IMG/VR virus record: IMGVR_UViG_3300020048_000029
Coordinates: 88,687-152,686 of that record
Origin: a virus
DNA: 64,000 nucleotides
Strand: one strand, 5' to 3'
A model generated the notes under the pieces. The model was not told the origin of the DNA. It saw only the letters and a program-made list of their open reading frames with translations, and made no database searches. The first letter of the stretch is position 1, and every line of letters begins with the position of its first letter. A program made the translations under genes and the position numbers. Below, piece after piece: positions 57,175 to 64,000 of the stretch.

Positions 57175-57581
57175 GAATTGCATTTTGGTCCGCTGGATCG
57201 ACACCAGTTGTCGATCCTTTTAAGCAGACGTTCTACATTAACAACAATAATGCTGGAGCTGCTTTTGCAGCAGGAGATGGTGGGCCTGGAAGGTATAAGA
57301 TCTACCTCAACCAGCCTGCTGCTGCAAATACAGGCCTTTCAATAAACTTTATTATAGCAAGTAGTCTTGGCGCAAATCTTACATTCTTATTAAAAGTGTG
57401 TAATGCTGCCGGCGATGTTATAAGGTCTAATGCAGGTACGATAAGCTCTGGATATTGGACTAACTTAGGTGTTGCAACAACAAAGTGGACAGATGTCGGT
57501 ACCGATGGGTACATAGATCTTACACTATCCAAAAACGGAACAAGCGTGTTTAACGCATGCACTTTTGAATGGAATATCTAA
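57165..57581 (+). CDS. Beta-rich tail-fibre-associated protein
   Basis: Coupled ORF. Confidence 0.55.
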   Translation: MAIGIAFWSAGSTPVVDPFKQTFYINNNNAGAAFAAGDGGPGRYKIYLNQPAAANTGLSINFIIASSLGANLTFLLKVCNAAGDVIRSNAGTISSGYWTNLGVATTKWTDVGTDGYIDLTLSKNGTSVFNACTFEWNI

Positions 57582-58016
57582 ATGGTAAAAGTTACAGGAA
57601 ATCTCGATAACAGAACATTTTATAAAGGCAATCATTACAGAGTAAATGAGTCTGTAGAAGTTGAATTTGAAAGAGACGGTTTCCTGTACATCTTTGGGTG
57701 CTTGCCAGGGTTCTTATTCGATGGAGCGTCAGTTCCAAAGTTTGTGAGATGGTTCATAAAGCCTTGGTCAAAAAGGCTTGTTGTACCTTCATTCGTTCAT
57801 GACATAGCTTTCATCCTTAAGTTGTTCGGCTACGATTGGGCTGCCGATATAATGGGGTTCCTAATGGAAGAAACAAAGGCATGGGAGCGATTCTTTGTCT
57901 ACCCTTCAGTGAAGACTTTTATAGCAAAAAGAATTTACGGGATCACCGAAGAAAACGATTTGATCAACAGAGAACTTTGCTATGTGAGGGTTAAGTGTAT
58001 TCTGCAAGAACAATAG
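57582..58016 (+). CDS. DUF1353-family protein
   Basis: PGFLFDGASVPK...VHD motif. Confidence 0.75.
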   Translation: MVKVTGNLDNRTFYKGNHYRVNESVEVEFERDGFLYIFGCLPGFLFDGASVPKFVRWFIKPWSKRLVVPSFVHDIAFILKLFGYDWAADIMGFLMEETKAWERFFVYPSVKTFIAKRIYGITEENDLINRELCYVRVKCILQEQ

Positions 58017-58867
58017 ATATTGAGAACGACCTTGTTGTCATGCTTGATTCATGGGATGTGAGAAACCTTGACTCGACAATATGCATGACAAACCAGCTAA
58101 TTGTAGATGTGAAAATCGTTACAAGCAAGTTAGGTTACGCCGGAACAATTACAGGTGTCACGATGAGGCATAACACCGAAGTTGGAGTTTGGACGATATT
58201 CGTAAACGACATAAAAATGGTCCGAACATTCTCTGACGGTGACAAAGTCATGATGACAGTATCATGCAATTCAATAAGAACTATTGAGTGTGGAGAGGTT
58301 GTAATAGTGTCTCCATCAAAGGAGAAGGTAATATCAACTCTTTCCTATGAATACGCTTTTATCGGCACTCCTGATGCAAGAATAGTCTTTGGGAATGGTC
58401 TTTACTATGCACATGTTTATGAAGGATCGTCAGGAACAACTCCTGCTCACAATATCAAGAGCATAACACACAGAGGACCTTTGATAAAAGGAGTTGAAAC
58501 AACTCCAGATGAAGACACTATTCCAGACCTTGTCATTGGATCGACTGGAACTATCCCTACAAACAAGAAGATATTAATGAAGTTTGTTGAGGATAGCCCG
58601 GATTATTCTGTGTCATTTGAGTTCACTCCGGTAATGACTGATGCCACCGGATCACCAACAATGACATTGTCAAACTTCACTGTATTCCTGAAAAACGGGT
58701 CAACAGTTGTGATACCGAACAAGACAGCTGAATGGAATATTTACATCTCAGTGTCAGGGTCATGGGCGACATGGGTTAGAATGTCTGACATTGAAAGAGT
58801 TGAGTTCTCAATCCTATCTTCAACTCTTAAAAATGTAGTATACACTACCCAGCTAATACACTTTTAA
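57995..58867 (+). CDS. Virion structural protein (shares motif with 59384-59923)
   Basis: VYEGSSGT...ITHRGP. Confidence 0.55.
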   Translation: MYSARTIDIENDLVVMLDSWDVRNLDSTICMTNQLIVDVKIVTSKLGYAGTITGVTMRHNTEVGVWTIFVNDIKMVRTFSDGDKVMMTVSCNSIRTIECGEVVIVSPSKEKVISTLSYEYAFIGTPDARIVFGNGLYYAHVYEGSSGTTPAHNIKSITHRGPLIKGVETTPDEDTIPDLVIGSTGTIPTNKKILMKFVEDSPDYSVSFEFTPVMTDATGSPTMTLSNFTVFLKNGSTVVIPNKTAEWNIYISVSGSWATWVRMSDIERVEFSILSSTLKNVVYTTQLIHF

Positions 58868-58901
58868 TGTATTTTGTTTTTTTACTTGAAAGGTGTATTT
58901 T

Positions 58902-59372
58902 ATGAAGACAAAAGATCTTATTGCAATCGACAACTTGCTTTCTGAGATGAAGGCACATGACTCTAAAGCTCAGTACACAATTGCTACGAAAATTACTCTC
59001 GAGAGAAATTCTGCGGAAGTTAAAAAGACAATTGAGCCGGTTTACGCTGTGTACCGGGAAAAGCTCAAACCCTATTTTGAAGAAGTTGAAGAGCTAAAGG
59101 CTAAATTTTGCACAGACGAGAAAAAGGGTGCATTCCTCTTAATTGTTGACTTCATACCAGTTGACCTTTACAAAACTAAAGACGGTGTTGACGAAGCGGA
59201 GTTCACAAAAGCTCTTGAAGATACAAACGCAAAATACGAAGAGTTGTTCAAGGAAATCAAAGTTACTCTTGACGATGAAATTGATTGCAAAACAATCAAG
59301 TTCTCCGAAAAAGATGCGAATGAAGCCTTATACTCTTTCGTTGAGAAATTGGTAAAAACTGACCTTATCTAA
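58902..59372 (+). CDS. Helical hypothetical protein (DUF1617-like, often next to fibre genes)
   Basis: ORF with GAAAGGTG SD; family resemblance only. Confidence 0.55.
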   Translation: MKTKDLIAIDNLLSEMKAHDSKAQYTIATKITLERNSAEVKKTIEPVYAVYREKLKPYFEEVEELKAKFCTDEKKGAFLLIVDFIPVDLYKTKDGVDEAEFTKALEDTNAKYEELFKEIKVTLDDEIDCKTIKFSEKDANEALYSFVEKLVKTDLI

Positions 59373-59383
59373 AGGAATTCGAA

Positions 59384-59923
59384 ATGCAATCAGTTCAGTG
59401 TCTCGACACATATAATGACAGCGTTGTCATAATAAGCGGTAGTTCAGTTGTGAACTCGTCTGGAGCGGAGTATTTAGGTGTTAATGGCACAGTCACTGTA
59501 AAAGTGCTCATGCTAAATGTCACAAAAAATACGACAGAAGTTTTTGACAATGTTCCAATGAACTATCAAGCCGCTGTTGGGGCCTGGACTATTGACATCG
59601 ATCGCTTAGAGTGGACGATATCTGGCGGAGAAAAATGGCTTGTTGATGGCAACAAGTATTACGCTAAGATAATTCCGCAATCAGGATCTGCTTTTGTACC
59701 ATTTGAGATGCATGAGTTCATAGTTGACACTAGAGAACTCGAGCTCATTCTTACCGGACTCGGGTATGAGTTCAGAGGGCTCGGAGCTATAGGAGCAAAA
59801 CAAGTTTGGCTTAATGGCACAACTCCTGTTTTCCAGGCTCTTGTTTATGAAGGTGGATCTGGGACTCAGTACGCACTCAGAGCAGATAGAGTTACACACC
59901 GCGGACCAATAGAGAGAGTTTAA
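59384..59923 (+). CDS. Virion structural protein
   Basis: VYEGGSGT...VTHRGP. Confidence 0.55.
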   Translation: MQSVQCLDTYNDSVVIISGSSVVNSSGAEYLGVNGTVTVKVLMLNVTKNTTEVFDNVPMNYQAAVGAWTIDIDRLEWTISGGEKWLVDGNKYYAKIIPQSGSAFVPFEMHEFIVDTRELELILTGLGYEFRGLGAIGAKQVWLNGTTPVFQALVYEGGSGTQYALRADRVTHRGPIERV

Positions 59924-59925
59924 AA

Positions 59926-62900
59926 ATGATTGTAACAGCGCAAAATACAACGGTAAATTCTGGAACAGTTCTTACCGTTCCAGTTGTAGCATCTGATTTA
60001 AAAGGTCCTGAAATACACTCGATAGCAAGCCTTGAGACAGAGAGTTCCTCAAGCGGGTCGTCAACTGTAAGAGCTAATGGAGATCTCCTTGTTAGCACAA
60101 CATCATCAATAGGCGGTGCGGAGATAAAATGCTCATGCCTAACAAATGAGCTGTACTCTTACGGTGACATGATAAGCATCACGTCTGGGCAAATCTCATT
60201 GTCAACATCGTCATACCTCCCAAGAAGATTTGAGCTTGAAGTTCTCGTTGATATGCAGCCTGTAGCGGTTCTTGTGTCTCGTAGCGACGGAACATACACA
60301 ATCGGCGGAACAACTTACACCGGTCAGGTGTCAAAGATAAATGTCCTCACAATTACAAGGGATGGGGTCTACTTTAGATTTAACGACGGGTCGTCAGTGT
60401 CCGTTCCAAAAAGCTTGAACACACTTGGATCTGTCAGAGTTAGGTTCACATCTGCTATGACAAGTGTGCCTAATGTGAAAACAGATCTCACGATTTCAAA
60501 TTTCAGAGTGACAATTGAAGATCGGTACGTTACGTTTTTGCTAATGGACGCGAAAAATGTAACTGTGTCTCAATCGTCTTCTGTCACTCTTGGAGCTGCA
60601 ACACCTGTGATGGGTGGAGAGCATAAGGTAATTGCATTCAACGCTGGAGAGTATGCAGAGACTACGGTTAATATCACTGTTGCATCTGGATCGTCTTCAG
60701 GAAACGCATTCTTCTCATACGGGAAGCCGGTGCCATTCAAATCTGGAACATTCTTCTCAAAGAGAGGCAACGTCCTAAGTGTTGACAATGAGACGAATTT
60801 CCGTGTCGGGTACATAATAAACAGCGCGTTCACAATCACAAGAGTCATAGACAACTTCAGATGTGAGGTGTCTGGTGTCGCAAGCGATGCGAGAGGTGAT
60901 GTCATATCGATAAACCCTACAAACACCGATACTACAAACAAGTCGATAACAGCTTTTGAGAAATTCTCATCATCAGATGGCAGAAAAATATCAAGAGTCC
61001 TTAACAGCGGCCAATGGTTCCTTTATGACTATGCTTACGAGATCTCATTCGAGCTCTACGTCAATATAAAATCTGACGGAACAGCGGGAATTTTCAATGC
61101 AAACGACGGAATGTCAAGCAACCTTGACTCTGTCGAAGGATTGTTCATATCTGGAACCAATATAAGCGCAGACGTAGCTAGATCGTGTGTAATATCTACA
61201 AACTCATTCACAACTAAAAGAGCTGAGTTTTGCAGAGTTTCTACAGGGATTTCTGCGAATGTTGTAGATGCATATTTCTGTTCACAAGGCATAACAGCTT
61301 CTGGGATCATTTCAAATTGCGGAGCTAAATCAACTCTTGCAAATGATGTGTACTTCCCTGGTTCTGATATGTTCGGAACGGTGTTCAGTAATGCTAAGTA
61401 CAAAGGTTATGACCAGCGTAAAATTGAAGGAGCTTCGCAGAATGACTACCTATTGTCAAGCAAGCTTTCGACGGCAAGATTGAAGTTCTCAAGAGTTAAA
61501 AACTCAGAAGAATCTTCTATCAATGTCAACCTTGAATCGGTGTGGGCTGAAAATGTAAAGGTAAGCGATTCAACAGTTGTTATTGCAGACTTCGACATTG
61601 CTAAAGGTGAGTTTAAAAACTGCTCGATAACACTAAAAGGGTCATCGTTTGTTTCAGGGGTTTTATTTGAAAACTGCTCTATAATTGTAGACGGCATGTC
61701 GAACATTTCTCGATGCACATTCGTAGGATCAAGCGTGTCCGGAGGAATCGCGAAGATGTCAGCCTCAATCGTTTACAAGTGCGAAGATTTCTCGTCGAAC
61801 ATGTCTTCTGACTCAGAGTTTTATAATAACTTACTCTGCCAGTCTGGGAGCTTCTTGTCCAACAATTACGAAGACAATATCTACGACACAATTGAGATGA
61901 ACGTGGATAATCCTCCTGTTAAGTACATACTCAAGTATGGATACATCGATGAAGTGACAAGCTTGAAAAAAGTGTTCAGTGTTGGCGGAGGAGTTGACTG
62001 GTCAAAGGTTGGAACCGACGTAGAAATCGTTGACAGCGTTGCAACTTTTAGCAATGACATGTTCAGCTGCGTATCAGGAGATACTCTCGAGCTTTTCACA
62101 GGTGCGAAATTTACACTTTATGAGATCATAGACAGCAAGAGATGGTACGTCTACCCATTCGGCGATCACATGTCGAAAGCTGCTGACACAGCTCTTACAA
62201 GAATCAGATCTGTCAAGAGAAGGTATCTCAGCATCTATGAATCAGCTTCGGAAAATACCGGTCAGGCGATTCTTACATGGACAAATGACTATACTGGTAT
62301 CGAAGGAACAGACATATCAATAAAAGGTATTGAGTACAACGGAGTTGATAGTTACAGAGAAGACTCTTATCTTGGAGCTCCTTCAATTTTCGGATCGGTT
62401 TCAACTGGTGGATCCCTGGCGTCACTGATCATAGAATCAGATGTTGACGCAGGATTTATATCAAGATGCACAGTGACAGGGAGATCTTCTGCCGGATATG
62501 CAGAGTGGTCAATCTTGAAAGATGTTGAAAACATAACTCTGTGCGTGAACTGTACGACCAACAAACCTGTAGCAGGATCAATAAGAAGCCTTGTGTACTC
62601 AGAGGATTTCTTCAACTCAGACTGGTCCCCTAAGCCATCTTTTACAAGCGGCGTGTCCAACGGTGCAATACTCCTTAAGAATAAGAGCTACTCTTTTGCA
62701 GTTTCTACAGACCTTCAGGTAAGCAGTATCATTAACAAAGGCAATGGGAGAGCTTCGATAATTATACCGAACCCTCTCATCGGTGGAAAAATAGTCGGAA
62801 CTGACTGCCATATTGTTAAGCATGTTGGCGGAGATTTGTACGACATAACCGGATCAATAACTTCAGGCACATACAACATAACAGGGTATGGCAGCATGAG

Positions 62901-64000
62901 AGACGTTATTGAGATAATCGGAGAAACAGAAGGCCTTTCGATAACGATATCAGGAGGAGTCACCAACTCTGCATTACCTGGCGTGAACTATTACAAGACG
63001 CACTTTACAGAAGGTGTTGTAATACATGACGGCGTAACACTTGACTGCTGCACAATTGATGGAGATGTTGATGGCGAAGGCTTTGTAAGAGCGAGCACTG
63101 TAACTGGTAGAACCGGGCCGTCCATTACCGTTGGCGGATCAATGGTGAACTTCGGTGCTGCCGGAGGAATTCTTGGTCCAAGCTTTGGTTGCGAGTACCA
63201 AATGGGGCAAGAGATAAGCACTCCTTACCCAACATGGTACCTTAGCAAGGACAGAAATGGTAACGACTATGTCGGGATGCCAATGAAGTGCGGAGAACCA
63301 TCTCAGTCATACCTTCCTGGAACCGGGATGACAACATTCTCAGGAGGAGGAAAGTACCGAGTTGTCGGAAGAACTTTCTCATCTGCTGTAGTCGTTGAAA
63401 ACTGCAAGGTATCATTCATAAACTGCAAATTCACAAATGCACCTGTGTCAAATGCAGTAACTATCAAAACAGGCGGAGATGTTGACTTTGTCAACTGTGT
63501 AGTTTACAACGCGGAGATTCACGGAATCGAGATTTCCGGAGGAAAGGCTGACATTGTCAACTGCAACATTATAACCTGTTCTGCTGGTGTAATAGCAAGA
63601 GCTGGCGCAATCGTCAGAGTTATTAATACAATCTGTTCAAACAATGACTACGTTGACTTTGCCGGCTCGTTTGAAGTGATTCAGAACTGCATATCTAGCG
63701 ATGCATCCGTAAAGAAGCCGAACAGTGTTAACTGCATAGGAAACTACCAGCCTGGTACTTCTGGTGTCTATCGAGTAGAAGATATCAATGTGATAAACAA
63801 AGGGAAGCCATTCCCTGGGATTACAGAGTACTTCAACACTGATATCAATGGGATTCCAAGAGGCAGATGGGATGTCGGAGCATTTAGTTACGCTTCCTCA
63901 TTTGGAAGATCGATTGGCAAGTACAACACGATAAAAGCTCTCATAAACGCCAGCGTTGACAACGAAATGAAAAGCGTTGTAATATACAGATACACAGAAG
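59926..64000 (+). CDS. Very large beta-helix tail spike/adhesin-like protein (>1350 aa, 3' truncated; absent from ORF track)
   Basis: ATG 59926 (MIVTAQNTTVNSG...); frame open wherever checked, including the window end; NC-rich parallel beta-helix repeats and a DINGIPRGRWDVGAFSY motif near 63840-63890. Confidence 0.75.
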   Translation, partial: MIVTAQNTTVNSGTVLTVPVVASDLKGPEIHSIASLETESSSSGSSTVRANGDLLVSTTSSIGGAEIKCSCLTNELYSYGDMISITSGQISLSTSSYLPRRFELEVLVDMQPVAVLVSRSDGTYTIGGTTYTGQVSKINVLTITRDGVYFRFNDGSSVSVPKSLNTLGSVRVRFTSAMTSVPNVKTDLTISNFRVTIEDRYVTFLLMDAKNVTVSQSSSVTLGAATPVMGGEHKVIAFNAGEYAETTVNITVASGSSSGNAFFSYGKPVPFKSGTFFSKRGNVLSVDNETNFRVGYIINSAFTITRVIDNFRCEVSGVASDARGDVISINPTNTDTTNKSITAFEKFSSSDGRKISRVLNSGQWFLYDYAYEISFELYVNIKSDGTAGIFNANDGMSSNLDSVEGLFISGTNISADVARSCVISTNSFTTKRAEFCRVSTGISANVVDAYFCSQGITASGIISNCGAKSTLANDVYFPGSDMFGTVFSNAKYKGYDQRKIEGASQNDYLLSSKLSTARLKFSRVKNSEESSINVNLESVWAENVKVSDSTVVIADFDIAKGEFKNCSITLKGSSFVSGVLFENCSIIVDGMSNISRCTFVGSSVSGGIAKMSASIVYKCEDFSSNMSSDSEFYNNLLCQSGSFLSNNYEDNIYDTIEMNVDNPPVKYILKYGYIDEVTSLKKVFSVGGGVDWSKVGTDVEIVDSVATFSNDMFSCVSGDTLELFTGAKFTLYEIIDSKRWYVYPFGDHMSKAADTALTRIRSVKRRYLSIYESASENTGQAILTWTNDYTGIEGTDISIKGIEYNGVDSYREDSYLGAPSIFGSVSTGGSLASLIIESDVDAGFISRCTVTGRSSAGYAEWSILKDVENITLCVNCTTNKPVAGSIRSLVYSEDFFNSDWSPKPSFTSGVSNGAILLKNKSYSFAVSTDLQVSSIINKGNGRASIIIPNPLIGGKIVGTDCHIVKHVGGDLYDITGSITSGTYNITGYGSMRDVIEIIGETEGLSITISGGVTNSALPGVNYYKTHFTEGVVIHDGVTLDCCTIDGDVDGEGFVRASTVTGRTGPSITVGGSMVNFGAAGGILGPSFGCEYQMGQEISTPYPTWYLSKDRNGNDYVGMPMKCGEPSQSYLPGTGMTTFSGGGKYRVVGRTFSSAVVVENCKVSFINCKFTNAPVSNAVTIKTGGDVDFVNCVVYNAEIHGIEISGGKADIVNCNIITCSAGVIARAGAIVRVINTICSNNDYVDFAGSFEVIQNCISSDASVKKPNSVNCIGNYQPGTSGVYRVEDINVINKGKPFPGITEYFNTDINGIPRGRWDVGAFSYASSFGRSIGKYNTIKALINASVDNEMKSVVIYRYTE

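Noticed and set aside
59892-63494. Numerous minus-strand ORFs at the right end
   Set aside because: Antisense shadows of the large + strand gene starting at 59926.
1-64000. Alternative genetic code (stop-codon recoding)
   Set aside because: Long genes are intact under code 11, and TAA, TAG and TGA all terminate recognisable genes.

Overview
This is a 64-kb segment of a large (jumbo-type) contractile-tailed bacteriophage genome. The + strand carries two virion blocks. The first (1-6.05 kb) holds neck/completion proteins, the tail sheath and the tail tube. The second (37.3-64 kb) holds a tail chaperone with a -1 frameshift site, the tape measure, baseplate, a phage sigma-70 factor, tail fibres and a >1350-aa beta-helix protein that runs off the end. 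Between them is a ~30-kb minus-strand early/middle region: DEDDh exonuclease, dUTPase plus a degenerate dUTPase paralogue, GroES, two AP2 homing endonucleases, a C5 DNA methyltransferase, a lysozyme-like protein, a HAD nucleotidase, class II RNR, thioredoxin, HU, RNase HI and many small hypotheticals. An AT-rich, repeat-bearing, origin-like region sits at the strand switch (36.7-37.3 kb). The standout feature is an unannotated array of 11 sequence-divergent but architecturally identical ~100-240-nt non-coding units (33640-35065 and 35300-35674). It begins 6 nt after the HU gene of an RNase H-HU operon and is closed by an intrinsic terminator. Read on the minus strand, each unit is [inverted repeat]-T-G-A-H-G...[~8-bp hairpin with G-NNT-C loop]...[long variable hairpin]-A(T/A)TAG-A-[inverted repeat], which is the layout of a retron msr-msd ncRNA. 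The small hairpin has G-U wobbles on the RNA (minus) strand. The long hairpin has G-T wobbles and GNA DNA mini-loops on the complementary (cDNA) strand. The inference is a polycistronic bank of retron-like templates for distinct ssDNA hairpins. No reverse transcriptase is recognisable inside this window, so the retron interpretation is untested.
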